Shown: positions 29,198 through 41,700 of the stretch, one piece after another | Layout of the letters: every line of letters starts with the position of its first letter | Position numbering within the stretch: the stretch's first letter is position 1 | Assembly (NCBI GenBank): GCA_000934665.2 | Contig: KZ538136.1 | Coordinates: forward strand, 62,001 to 117,662 | Length of the DNA stretch: 55,662 bases | Reading direction: 5' to 3' | Source: Catajapyx aquilonaris | Taxonomy: Eukaryota | Program-made: the position numbers and the translations under genes | The notes under the pieces: model-generated | The model's database searches: none | Seen by the model: the letters and a program-made list of their open reading frames with translations, nothing else | Told to the model about the DNA's origin: nothing

Positions 29198-32100
29198 GAT
29201 AGTTATAGTTGTTTCACTTCATAAGTCAAAATAAATAGTTTTACCCACTCTTCTTACTCCGCAAAAATAAATTACTGTAGTAATGAAGCAGTTAAGGGGG
29301 TCTGACACGTTTTTCCATATTGTTGTAGAGTGTATGCCCATATAATTCTGCAAAAATTCAAACTGTCAATATATTCTAAGCCTGAGACCCCTTTAGGTAT
29401 ATTAGTGTCATATTTAAAATCCATTGCCTCCATTTACAACTGCATTTTTGTGTAAGTTACTTGCATAGCACTGCATACAGTATAAAACCACTTCACATAA
29501 GCCGTCATTGTATTATGCCATAGCTGTTGACATCATGTATAGGGGCATACAGCCACGCCTGTATTCGCCTGCATTCGACAAAAATACCCTGAAAATACAT
29601 TTTCATTGGATTATAGTCAAGTTGCCACGCCTTTTCTATTTGTATTCTATTATTTTCTCAAATTAAATTGCTCGTCAAGCCACATTTACCTTCTTCACAT
29701 GCCTTTACATATTTAAGAGGTACTGGTATAGTAGCCTATACATAACGCAGAATAGACCTAGGAACGAATTAATTTACACATTAATCAATTGCTACAGCAT
29801 TTTTACAATAATTTATTGCAGTATTCATTTCCTTAGGCACAATCCTAATACAACTGATCGGCCTTTATTCGCCATTACAACATACATTTTGATGTCTTCC
29901 TATAATCCGTTCTTTCCTTGTATTTGTTCTCGGAATAAAAGTCACGCAAGTATCCCATCGAAGCCCCAAGTGATCTCGGAGACGGGTAACTGTGTCCTTG
30001 TTGTTTATTGATTCCCTTTTCTCTTTTTCGCAGGGGCTTAAAATGGGGTACCAAACTTCCCAACTCAAACTTCCTCCGAACCCGTTACAGTCAAGTGAAA
30101 AGAAAGTAATATCCTGCAATTCGTAAATTGCCACCGAGCTGAAGTTATTTGCGCGTGGATAAGCGTTTGTGAGACACTCAAGAAAATCGCCTACGTGGTG
30201 TGTGCTAGTCGCCAACTACGTCCAAAACGCAAAGATCTGAACAACTTCCGTGAGCTGCTACAATTTGAAAGTACCCGGATACGGTGTGTAAAATAATGGC
30301 AAGGATTCCTATACTCCTCTTAAGTTTAGGCTCCAGAACAGCAGTCTCAAGACAGTGGATGAGCTCGTACATCTCATAAAAGGCTGGGGACAGAAGCAAG
30401 CGTCTTTAAAAAACAGAACTGGATCTCAAAAATACACTGTTGTTTACTAATGTTCGTTTCATTTAATACGTTTAGCAGTCACGTAATATCATACAGAATT
30501 CTCCCAACGCTGAGGTGATACTGTCTTAAAGAATTTCTCTGCACCTCTTCAAATGTGCTATGTGCGCAATGTAACATTAGAGATCGATCTACAACTTTAT
30601 TTCGGTAGCATCATTGAAAATCATCATCTGTGGTGGCCCATTTCGCACGTACGTAAAGTATAAACTCGAGAAGGCAAATATGAGTCAGATGCTGATGGAC
30701 TCGAGTGCAGTTGGGAAAGCTGTATAGTAGCTTTCGGATCCAGAACGATGCCCTCAATCCTCCCAGCCGCAACATACACTTTAGAAGGTTACCTCCATAT
30801 CTGAAGCTTGTAAAACAGTAGTAATATTCACTACACCTCTAGCTAAGCCTTAACAGTTTTTTTACGTGCACAATTTTTTTTTGTAATATTCTCTTTACAT
30901 AATTACGCAATGTGGTTATGTGAATCGTGGACATTATCATGCTAGCGCCGATGAATTATCATAACCCTACAAGGTAATTAGTATTGTGCAACATTGTGTG
31001 GTTCTTATGCATAAAAAACTGCACATTTTTCTTGAAATAATTGGAACTGCGAGCAACTTTTAAAATACTGTATATGAAATACATCGTAATAAAATATAGG
31101 TAACCGTGAAAATATGCGGTACACCATCTGACGATGTCCTTACGGGTAGATTCTCTCCGTTGCTATAGCTCCTCTTTGGATAGGTCGATTCTCGAGTTGA
31201 AGGAAAGACAGGAGAGATAATAACGGGGTAGGTATGTAGGCTAGTAAGGTTGAGGTGGCGGTGGTGGAAGTAGGTGGCATAATAATTATGGAAACGTTGG
31301 GGGCAGGTTTCCTTGGTTCAAAACCTCCTCCTGTCAACCGTAGAAACACTACAGTCGCAGAGTAGCTTTAGTGGCTTGAAAATTTTATTAACTCCCATGC
31401 ACATCCGGTTTTTCTTAGATACTGGCTACCACACGTTATATTCCAACTATGCAGAAGAACGAGATTAATTTTTACAACTCTAGTATTTTTACGTACAGTT
31501 CACAACAAATCGTCGTGTGATATGTGAACTTCTTAGACTGACAGGAATTTTACGTGTCCTTTCCTATTCACAATAAGGCAATCAGCAAAATAAACCCTTG
31601 CTGCCTTCAAAAAGATTATGATTGAGGCCTCCGCTGGCTACAACAATATTGGTATGTTTCTGTGCAATTGAGGTATGGTTCGTTGGTCACCATTGAATTG
31701 GAATTGCAATCACTCTCGGTCGCAAAAGGATACCGCTGCTCAGTGAGCGGAATGATGACACTGTTTTCCAGAGCACCCTTTTGAGATACATCGGATGGTG
31801 TTTCACAGCCAAGATCAAACATGGTCCGAATGTCAGCAAAAGCGCCAGCCCCATGTTTCAATGCTGAAAATCCTCCTCCTCCCTACCACCCACACCCCCT
31901 CAATCCCTCCCTGATCGATCGAAGGGTAATTTCACGCTGCTCACCCCACATTGTGCCCATAGGCTGTACGGGATTCAGGCGCTGGGCTTTCCGGAGATCC
32001 TTACCCGTCCCCCAAAAACCGGGCATTAAAGTCTCCCCCGCCCTTCTCCATTCGGGCAACGTCGTATAACGTTGCTACACCGTCTGCTCCTCACAAGTGA

Positions 32101-33682
32101 CCCAAGCAAAGTCGCAACTCACGCCTTTGTTGCCTCAATAATTCCGGCTTGTGCTGGGGGAGAATGATGTCGCTGTCCAATGCGCCTCGTTCTCGTAAAC
32201 CATTTGATTGCTTCGTCGAGTTATAACTCAAACTGGGAAATGTTCCGCAGGGCACATTGTTCCTACAAAGTGCCCGACCTTTGCTTTTCCTTTGAATTAC
32301 ACGCCGGATACAGAATGGGGTCACAACCTGAAATGGATTACCATGTGTACGGTAAACAGGACTGACCCGATTTCGACACGTCTCCAACAAGGCCGGTAAC
32401 TAATATTGAAAACGTTAATCACCGCTATGGGTGTGAGGGAATAGCTCTAACTATTCAGAATTCGTAGTATTTAGGGGTGGAGCCAGGTTTCCGATGTTAT
32501 TAGCCTTTCCGTTGGGGGCTGGAACTCCCTAATGTTATGCCACGCGACCGAACCAGCACATTACGCGATGGAGTGTCCTGATATCGCAGTGTTCATTTCG
32601 GTCTGGCGGGCACTGCGACAAAGAAGCACTGCGGGCTGGCATAGCCCTCCCAGAGCAACCTGCGTCACGGCACCGCCATAGGTTTATAATACATCGAGAT
32701 GCAGCAAATCAAATTGTGGACTTAACTAAATCATCGTGCCATTTGGAATAATCCTGGTGAAATGGGCGCTGGCGGAACACCAAAAAGGGGGCGGTTCCCT
32801 AACTCCAACGTCCGTGCTCAAAACAGATCGCTCTCTGCTTGATTACCATCATAGTCACCCACATCTTTAATTCAGGGGGAAATCTTCATAAAATTTTCAC
32901 TCGTCCGAACCCTGCCTCGTCTATACAACTGACCGGACATCCTTTGAGAATTCATAAAATGTTAACAAACCCGGTTTTGAGGCAAATTACGTTGGCGCTG
33001 AGCTCGCAGTGATCATCTGGTTAACACGATTAAGCCGTCAATCCATCACCGAAAACTCGGCAAGGTTTTTTTTCCGTCGGATTAGCGCTGGCGCGAAAGC
33101 TCGAGTATTGCGGGCATAGTCCAATCATTCTGGACGTAAATGATGGCCGACAGAAACAAGAAGATCTAGCCTAGTTTTTTTCTCTCCCTTGTTTCTCCTG
33201 CTTGTTTAAACGCCCCTCCAGCCTCTCCGGACCAGAGGGCGATAACCTTCGCCCTAAGAGGCTTCCTTCCTTATCTCTGCATATTCAGGAGGCGTAACAA
33301 CCGTCATCATAATTCTGCCAGCTCAGCTACAGCAAGGTCTTGGGGCCAAACATCTTCGTGACTAACGACTTCGAGTTAGACGACGAGCTGTGAAAATTCG
33401 CTCTTGAGCTCTCATTCTTACAGCTCTGTTATTAATAATTGACTTTACAGCGTTAAAAATGCAGTCAAGTGGTTTCCTAATGACTTCGTAGCTGTCATAA
33501 AACATTAGGATAGCTTGGCGCAGTTTGTCTCTGATCCATTGCGTTCAAAAATTCATTTACACACGCGATTTTATGTACCCGCATTGAAACAGTGTACAAA
33601 ATAATGACGTTATTATCAGTAGTAATATTTTATTTGGAAAATTGAATTTAACATATGGTATTATTTTGGTTATAAATATTTA

Positions 33683-33808
33683 GGGTAGAATTTTCGTCCC
33701 ACTGCTAGTTACTGCTAACTTATTTGTACCAGTGTTTGGCAGTTGTACTTGTACTACTACAGTACTGCTAAGTTAGCAGTAAGTAGCAGTGGGACGAAAA
33801 TTCAACCC
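33683..33808. mobile_element. PIF/Harbinger (Tourist-like) MITE
   Basis: ~38-bp TIRs GGGTAGAATTTTCGTCCCACTGCTA.. / ..TAGCAGTGGGACGAAAATTCAACCC with a TTA TSD on both sides. Confidence 0.85.
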
Positions 33809-33838
33809 TTATACATGTAACTTACTATATTTTAACTA

Positions 33839-34111
33839 ACCGAAGCAGGTTGGTGTAGGGGGATAAGGAGCCCGCCTGCTAATCGGGAGGTCCTGGGTTC
33901 GAATCCCGGGGCCGGCGCGGCGCGGCGACCCGGACAATGGTTTTCTTTGGTTTTCCATGGTCTCCCCCAGGACAATTCCGGGGCCGTTTCCATAAAAATA
34001 GGTCACAGCCGCTTCCTTCCTTCCCTATCCCTTGTCCCACCCAATGGTGGTAATCCACCCTCCTAAGGGAGCAAAGGTATGATAAATAAAAATAAAATGA
34101 ATAAAATAAAA
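33839..34111 (+). mobile_element. tRNA-derived SINE, family A copy 1
   Basis: A box, CTGCTAATC anticodon-like loop (Ser-GCT-like), B box GGTTCGAATCC and an A-rich tail. The core GGTTTTCC..CCAGG..CCGGG..CACAGCCGCTTCCTTCC resembles arthropod Lm1/Talua-type SINEs. 16-bp TSD TACTATATTTTAACTA (33823-33838 and 34112-34127). Confidence 0.93.
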
Positions 34112-35662
34112 TACTATATTTTAACTACTCTTAACTTGACCTACCCTTGTGTGGAAAAATGCGATGAAAATTATGAATAGGATGATTGTGTACCTGAAGC
34201 TGCGTTATTGGGGTCATGCGGCTCATCTCCGCTGAACTTACACGAAAGTAAATACTGTAGCAACTTACATACTTAGGTATTTCGTGTTCGTTAAAGTAGA
34301 CTATAGCCCCTTACTGCACGCACTACGCAGCAGGGAATCACACTTATTATTTTTCTCGTTTGACAGACATGCAATCTCCAATCTTATCAGGGTAAGGATG
34401 TCGCATATTTTAGTTTCGGTGTTGAGTTTAGGTTTAGATTCAAAGAGAAAGAAAAAAATAGATATCGGATCTGCGCACGTCTAAATTATGCAAACTTTCT
34501 GCCTGACGAAGCGCAGCATGCACGCTTGTTAACTTGGTGCTGATTATGACACACTTGCGCCTGCGATTTCGTTCTCAGCGCCAAACTAGGAAACAACAAT
34601 AATAACATAACAAACTCTAACAACTAAGAGGAAACTGGGTAAGTTATTTCCATGGACAGGTAGCACGCTTGTCAGTATAGGAAGTATTTTCCTGAAGCCA
34701 GAAAGTCTTGCCTAGCTTTGTATCTACTCCCAGCCAATCGTCCGTAAAGTTAAGAGTGAGATTTACTGCATGTCTAATAACATCAACTTTTTTGACACGT
34801 CCAGTAGGCTACCTCTGTCGCCTACTACACTGCATCTAGGTTAGTAGACTCTCTGAATTCCTTCCCCAGTATTTTGGATGCAGAAGATTCAATTGACCAC
34901 CATGCAGGGTTTTGGCACAGGATCTGCTTGGCCCAGCAGGTGGCTATAATACACTTTAGTATCCGGTCAGCCTGCGATACGTTGGTGTAGTTCATTGGTC
35001 AGTGTGGCAATAGTGTGGTGGGGAAGTGTCGTCCTGGATGTAACTTCAAGCAGAAACTGCCTCTATTATTGCAAATGTCATTACTTAGTGCCTGGTTAAT
35101 GATTAATATCCTAAATTCAGTAAAATTGGTTATTCCTATGTGAATAATACGGATCAGCCTCTACCATCGGTCACGCAACCGGCCCTTAGTCCCTTTCTGT
35201 GTAAACATTTTACCACAGTACAGGGATTTACCACAGGAAATGCTTGGTTCAGCAAAGTGATGGTTTGTTAGTTGGTTCACAAGAATCAGTCTCTCTAAGC
35301 GCGAAGAGCCTTATCGCTGCCTCCGAGTAATCATGACTAAGCAATAAGAGGCAGAGGGGGAAAAAGTCGCAAATATGAGTGTGGCACAGTATATAAAGAG
35401 AAGATTGGTTTTTGGACAGAAGGTATAGGTGCTGCCAACTTGCAGTATGGACTGCCAATGGTAGATAGCTTCGCAAGGTACGATATTATTACAAAGGCTT
35501 CGTGTACACGAGCCTTAAGGCAGGCCAAATATTACTGCTGCCAACATAATTATGCACATGCAAGTTACATGGGAAATGGCAAAATAAACAGCGTTCTTGT
35601 GTTTCACAACCTTTTTAAAATTTCTAGATTACTACTTGATTATACCTAAAAGTCGCCTAGAG

Positions 35663-36630
35663 CAGTGGTTCCCAAACTTTTTTTTGTCGCGTACCCCTAT
35701 GTAAGTTATGTCAAGACAGTTTGTACCCCCACTCCGACCTATTACCTGAAAATACTAGTAATTATGGGCACTTGTCAATTAGTGTTATGGGTGTGCTTTT
35801 TCATTCTTTCACACTTGTGGTTGATGTTGGGGACAAGTGACGCCAATTTAAGGCTTGGGTCTTTCTCAACACAGCGTCGATGACGGTACTGTACTTTGTT
35901 TTCATTGGCGTTAATGCCAAAAAAACCAGCTTCACATAATTAGGTAATTAGAAAATGGTATTAAGTTCTTCAGAGCACAGGTTTCCAGGCCCGGATAGTC
36001 TTTCATTTTTTGAGCCCAACATCAATAATTTTTCACGATGATTTTTTGCCCATTGAATTAAAATTTCAAACTTCCATTCGTAGAAGTTTTGATCTATTCC
36101 TGATTCTGCACTGACATGCTGGGGAGGGGTTTAAAAATCTGACACTCCAGATCCAATAATTGATTGGCATGTTCATCTCGGGAAAATAATTTCTAAACTG
36201 TTGCGCCTGTCAATTCTTGTGCTCCAGCTTGGAAGCTGACCCTACCTGGGCCTCAGTTGTCACTTTAAAATTCTTGGGACATTTACTAGAAAGCAAGTAG
36301 AGTTGCTTCCTTGTACACAACATTCCCAAAACGGAAATTTCTTGATCATTCCTTCGATTTTGTCTTGCACATGATTTGCACATTTGCCTTGAAGCGCTCA
36401 GTTTCATTCGTTGGGGCTTGAAAAATTGTCGGCCAGGTAGATCATCCTCTGCAGCCAGAATTTATTTCCAAAACCTCCACAACGTCGCAAAACGCATAGG
36501 TAGAATATATTGAATCAGTTGTTACGAAGAGGGGGTTTAGTCCACTTCATTTTGTCATTTTCGAGAATTTAACAATGCTATGTTGCTTCTTGAGTTTCAA
36601 CGTGTGTGCTGAATGAATATGGTATCAATG
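35663..36630 (-). pseudogene. hAT (Buster/Charlie, ZBED5-like) transposon fossil: one terminus plus the C-terminal transposase
   Basis: Terminus CAGTGGTTCCCAAACTTT follows a CTAGA-containing site. The minus strand gives FWLQRMIYLADNF...QDKIEGMIKKF, QQFRNYFPE and ALKNLIPF..LCEAG..MKTKY (hAT dimerisation domain). Many frameshifts. Confidence 0.88.
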
Positions 36631-36880
36631 TATCAATCAGAAAATGCCTCTGCGTGCAATAAATCTGCACTAAAATACGAATAATATCACGTTCATTTTT
36701 TTCATTAATTTCTTCACGGCATTGCCCCAAAGGTGGGGTAGCCAGCTATAACATGGTGTGTACAACACCATGTCATCTCGATTGACCGAACATGATAAAC
36801 CTATGGTGACTGGTCAGGTACACGCAAAGGCTACGATGAGTTTGATGATAATGAACATAATGACATGAACAAACACACAC

Positions 36881-36978
36881 ACACATACATCCTGCGAGCC
36901 AACTCTACACATACATCCTGCGAACACACACTACACAGTCATACATCCTGCAAACACACATACACATACATCCTGCGA
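36881..36978. repeat. Minisatellite with four CATACATCCTGC cores
   Basis: Read directly. Confidence 0.9.
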
Positions 36979-37150
36979 TAATATTAAATAACTCAATGAT
37001 GATCAAAAATAGGTATCCATAATAAGGAGGGGTATTTGTTGCGCCAACACAATACGCTCGTAATATATTGAAAGTGAATAGTCTAAATAATGCGAAATCA
37101 AATGTGAAGAGGTGAAGTACTTTATGCCACACTTTTTGCAAGTCATACAT

Positions 37151-37492
37151 TTTTTTACGTTACCCCGTGCTAGGGCCATAGGCCCTTATAGGGGGGTGGA
37201 ATACCACCATTGTTCCTTCAATTTTCTGATTTTTCTTCTAACTCCGGTGCAAGGATGAAAGGACATGGGGAAAGGATAGGGATTTTTGGGGAGGGAACAC
37301 GGGTGCAAGGTGCACGTCTGAAAACGGGTCATGTGCTGTTCCCCAGGAGGTTAGGTTGCCAGACACCTCCTTGGTGCCGGTCAGAGACCCTCCTGACGCA
37401 GGTGAAAGGAAAGTTCCCCAGGCGGGGATCGAACCTGGGGCCTTTCACTCAGCAAGCCGAGACGTTACCATCTCGGCCACCACACCTCCCCC
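37151..37492 (-). mobile_element. tRNA-derived SINE, family B
   Basis: On the minus strand: A box GTGGCCGAGATGG, B box GGTTCGATCCCC, a body unrelated to family A, and the tail CAATGGTGGTATTCCACCCCCCTA...GGGGTAACGT(A)n. 14-bp TSD TGCAAGTCATACAT (37137-37150 and 37493-37506). Confidence 0.92.
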
Positions 37493-37618
37493 TGCAAGTC
37501 ATACATAACCTCACAGAAAGGGCTTTATATATGAATAGACAGGATTCGTAAAAACGTAACGTTACTATGGGGGATGGTAGACGCGTTCTAAGCGATCATT
37601 TTAAATAAGCTTATAATT

Positions 37619-37879
37619 TAGGCGCTCAGAGGAAGAACGGCATATCCCAACCGGAGGTCGTTTTGAGAAAAGTGGCTTTTTGTGTTTTGCTTTACCATGC
37701 AGCTGAAGCTATGGACAAATTTTACACGTGGAATATGATTGTGAGCCTTGACATGTCCCAATTCATTTATTGGTAGGCTACTTCAGCACATGAAAGGTAG
37801 ATGGAAGGAGAGTACAACAGCACTTCAAACTCAAAATTGGAGGTCGTTTGGGATATGCCGTTCTTCCTCTGAGCGCCTC
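37619..37879. mobile_element. MITE with GAG..CTC-type termini (Sola-like), copy 1
   Basis: 31-bp TIR AGGCGCTCAGAGGAAGAACGGCATATCCCAA and a degenerate 4-bp TSD (AATT/GATT). Homologous along its length to 44060-44303. The superfamily call is tentative. Confidence 0.85.
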
Positions 37880-37960
37880 GATTATATCGTAGCTAAAGAG
37901 CTTATAATTGCATAATAAAGAGAGGGAAAAACGAGCTGGTAGCATAGCAACCGGTGTCTC

Positions 37961-38297
37961 CAACGAGATAGAATAGGGTAGAGGCCGTAAAGGTCGGACA
38001 TCTTTGAAGCAAAATGGCGGCCATCGGGCGGCCATGCCACTTCACGGCAAGGACTTTGAAATTGTAGTGTTGCTAACCCTGTTCTCCTCTCCTGCCTCCT
38101 GACCGGACTAGGAAGAAAAGCCTGTCTGTGGTCGTTTTTATTTATTCCCACCCCCCGCCAGGAGGCAGGAGTGTAGACAGAGGAGAACAGGGTTAGAAAT
38201 ACGGCAATTTCAAATGAGCGCATGTTCTTGCCGTGAAGTGGCATGGCCGCCAAAGATCACGTGACCTTTACGGCCTCTACCCTATTCTATCTCGTTG
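37961..38297. mobile_element. Palindromic MITE with 8-bp TSD (P-element-like CA..TG termini), copy 1
   Basis: TIR CAACGAGATAGAATAGGGTAGAGGCCGTAAAGGTC, and the arms are inverted over most of the length. TSD GGTGTCTC (37953-37960 and 38298-38305). Confidence 0.92.
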
Positions 38298-38805
38298 GGT
38301 GTCTCCAATCGACTGACCTACCATCTGGCGGAGTCGACAGGCAAACTACAGGCTGTATTGTACAATACGGTTGATCGGCAGATCGAAGCAGTGCCGGAAA
38401 TATAGCATTAAAAACCCCAGTGGTTGGAAATATGTCATACGTAATAGTATACCCGCCGATTTAAAAAAATATTGAACACAAAACACGTGTGCAGAGGATA
38501 AATATCACATATATTACATGTTTTACATACATATGCATTATTCATTATTACAACGAGCATAAAACTTGATTGCTTCGGGTGGGAAGTGCAACTCACAAAG
38601 GCTTTAGCTTCGGTAGGAAGGTCCACCCCACGGTCCACCCCGGTTCCACCCTCAGAGGTCACAAGCAAGTCATGTCTTCCTATGAGTCGGCACCAGTCAT
38701 TAAAAAGCTGTGGCTCCTTTGAGGTCAGCAGAAAATGTGATCCCAGCCCCAGTGCGCGAACAGCTGTAGCGGGCGGCGCACAACCTGCTAGGGCGGATAG
38801 GCCCT

Positions 38806-39052
38806 CTGGAGCCTCATGTAAAAACCATGTATCTCTGATTTGGCCATTTTGAGATATTGCACCTCAAAGTTCGTGATCTGCCATTAGTTCTTGCATAAAT
38901 CATACTTGAAATACTTGAATAACTTTGCAGGAAAACAAGTTAGAGAGACGTGGTTTGTACCAGTGGATAGAGCTTGAAAAGACCAGTCCAATTGTGGCCT
39001 ACAAGTAAAAACCCAGTATCTTGAGTTACATGGTTTTTACATGAGGCTCCAG
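38806..39052. mobile_element. MITE with 4-bp TSD (possibly Sola)
   Basis: Perfect 26-bp TIR CTGGAGCCTCATGTAAAAACCATGTA with TSD CCCT. Confidence 0.9.
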
Positions 39053-39254
39053 CCCTGCCATAATACCGGCGAAGAAACTCGCCTCCCTAGGCCGGAGGAC
39101 GAACAGGTTGGCCAGCTGCGCCGAATATCAGTTTCGGGTCCAAAAATTAGTGTCGTAACCGCATACGACCTCACATATGTTAGTTTTAATCTTTATAACT
39201 CTTAATAATGGGCGTCTTGTATTTTTTTAAAAAAACATATTTTATTGAAATTCC

Positions 39255-39836
39255 CAACGAGATAGAATAGCATAGAGGCCGTAAAGGTCGGCCATCTTTG
39301 ACGGCCATGCCACTTCACGGCAAGAACATGCGCGAATTTGAAATTGTCGCATTTCTAACCCTGTTCTCCTCTGTCTACACTCCTGCCTCCTGGCGGGGCT
39401 GGGATTAAATGGCAGTCTGGTGAAAGCAACGAGGTATAAATAGGGTTAGAGGCCTTAAAGGTCCGCCATCTTTGATGCAATTGAGCGGCCATGACACTTC
39501 ACGGAATAACACGCGTGAGGTGGTAAACTCATGGCTAGTTTTCTCTCTGGCCGGCATGGCGCTATACTGTCTACTTCTGTATACCACCAATGCTCGTTTG
39601 CAGTGAAGTGGCATGGCCGGCAATTGCATCAAAGATGGCGGACCTTTACGGCCTCTAACCCTATTTATACCTCGTTGCTTTCACCACTGCCTTTTATTCC
39701 CAGTCCCGCCAGGAGGCAGGAGTGTACACAGAGGAGAACAGGGTTAGAATTACGGCAATTTCAAAGTTCTTGCCGTGAAGTGTCATGGCCGGAAATTGCA
39801 TCAAAAATACGGCCTCTATCCTATTCTATCTCGTTG
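39255..39836. mobile_element. Palindromic P-like MITE, copy 2, with an inner related TIR pair at 39427-39677
   Basis: TIR CAACGAGATAGAATAG with TSD GAAATTCC (39247-39254 and 39837-39844). The inner pair is CAACGAGGTATAAATAGGGTTAGAGGCC and its reverse complement. Confidence 0.92.
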
Positions 39837-39985
39837 GAAATTCCACACGACAGTAGCGCCGCGTAGTGGACCAACAGCCAAATGCGTTGGCTGAAACAGT
39901 GGCGACACTTGGAAACGGTCAGTTTTTTCCTCTCTTGATGCAATTATATAAGCTCTTTGATCGTAGCTATATGGTGGGTCTAAGC

Positions 39986-40040
39986 CAGTGGTTTTCAAAC
40001 TGGGGTACGCGAACACGATTTTGGGGGTACGCGACAGATA
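39986..40040. mobile_element. Solo hAT (Charlie-type) terminus
   Basis: GTCTAAGC|CAGTGGTTTTCAAACTGGGGTACGCG. The partner end was not found. Confidence 0.6.
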
Positions 40041-41035
40041 TCGTCGTGCAATGGCGCCCAGTCTCTACATTTGTGGGAACAATATTATTCTGCTTCAACA
40101 AGAATGAACCAACTTCTGAGGGAAAAAAAATCATACGCATTCTCATATTTCCCTTTGCTATTATTACGCATTGTTACGTATTCTTCTTCTTCTTCTTTTT
40201 ACGTATTTCTGTGGCGGGAATAAATACTTCGACACTTCCATCGCTGGGCCATTGCCTGCTACACCTAATGGGATTGCGGGGTAACACCTAAAATATAAAT
40301 GAAAATGGCCAGGACGCGTGGAGGGACGCATACCTGCCAGGATATTTCATTCATCGTATTTGAAGCCCATTAGTCGGTAACTAGGTTGCTGAGAGTCCCT
40401 AGAGGAATTGATAATTAATATTCGGATCATATTCTCTGTGAATTTTGTCTCAACACATTGTGGTTGGTGGGAGTTTCCCGGAGTTTCCTGAATTTGGCCT
40501 TACGAAACTCCGATCAAACATTGAGAAACTATGGAAAACTCCTCAAACACCCAAACTCCCTGTGCACATATTTAGGAAGTATGCATCACCTCGCCACCCC
40601 ACAGGGTGGTGCAAAAATGCGTACTTTGTCTCTCATGCATGTTGTTTGGGCCATTCTAAGGCGAAATTCTAGTTAGTTTTATCTACTTTGGCTCAATAAC
40701 TGAGATGATGGCATTTGAAATATTGTCACGTCACTGTCGATTTGTGATGGTTTTAATGCTTGGACAGGAGTGAGCAAGTGAGGCTTTGGGTAGAAAGTAA
40801 ATGGACGCAGTCGCAAGGTGTTCAGCTAGGTCAAGTGACATCCATGCCCTCATCTTGCCAATGCTGTGGCGCCTGTAACCATGACCCCTTCAAGTCAGGA
40901 ATGAGTGGTAGTTCTCTGAACAATATTAATATGCACCATTGACACCATCTTCTATGTCTGTCTTGTCATTGCACACCGCATCTAATAGAAATTAAGCAAC
41001 TTTCAAATGTTGACAATCATTTAGGGACACCCTGT

Positions 41036-41244
41036 ATTTACGTAACTAAGCAATGCAAGTTGTAAACAGTCTTGAATCGCTGTTCGAATAAGACGGGAGC
41101 GTGTCTACAAGCTCCATAACGTCCTCCGTTTTACCACTGGAGGGATCGAAAACCAACTCTTGCAAAGGTAGGCCACGATCACTCAGACGGTCAGTGTTAC
41201 CTCGGGGGAAGTCAATGCGTGCGTCTCAAGTCACCTTTCGCGTT
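41036..41244 (+). repeat. Dispersed ~210-bp repeat R1, copy 1 (unclassified, structured)
   Basis: Colinear with 52889-53095 and begins with the identical ATTTACGTAACTAAGCAATGCAAGTTGTAAACAGTCTTG. No TIR, TSD or poly-A. Confidence 0.95.
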
Positions 41245-41269
41245 AACTAATTATAACTCCTAATACTAT

Positions 41270-41368
41270 AACATACCTAGTCCTCCAAGAACTCAACCAT
41301 TACTTACTGGCAATAACCTGTTACTTTGGAACCCGCCAGTTGGCACCACTGGAAATCAGCAATACAAT
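41270..41368 (+). repeat. Dispersed repeat R2, copy 1
   Basis: AACATACCTAGTCCTCCAAGAACTCAACC...GTTACTTTG..CCAGTTGGCAC.ACTGG matches the reverse complement of 54151-54260. Confidence 0.85.
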
Positions 41369-41409
41369 TCACTTATTTTTTTATCATCACTTTTGGGTTT
41401 ACGTGGGTG

Positions 41410-41700
41410 CAGCGGCGGATTTCCCATTAGGCACAATAGGCACTGGCCTAGGGGCGGCCGCCCTGTAGGGGCGGCCGCGAGTTGCAATAAAAAATATTTC
41501 TCAAATACAATAATAAGAAATTACGGGGAGATCACAAAGAAAAGCAAATTGGTGACCGCTTGATTTGCCACTACATGCAGAAAAGGTAATTGCCAAAGGG
41601 CGGCCATAACTTTCTATATAATATTTTTAAAATAAAATAACATTGAAGCAGCGGTTCTCAAACTGTGGGGCGCGCCCCCTGGGGGGGGGGGGGGGGGGGG
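41410..41700. mobile_element. Two hAT-type termini (CAGCGGCGGATT at 41410; CAGCGGTTCTCAAACT at 41649) cut off by an assembly gap
   Basis: Typical hAT terminal motifs. The partner ends are not visible. Confidence 0.55.

Noticed and set aside
31752..31867. C/D-box snoRNA (ATGATGA...CTGA)
   Set aside because: Weak terminal stem and no recognisable rRNA antisense element.
33839..33915. tRNA-Ser(GCT) gene (also at 44982 and 37420-37490)
   Set aside because: No intact acceptor stem or long variable arm. Each continues into a SINE body with a tail and TSD.
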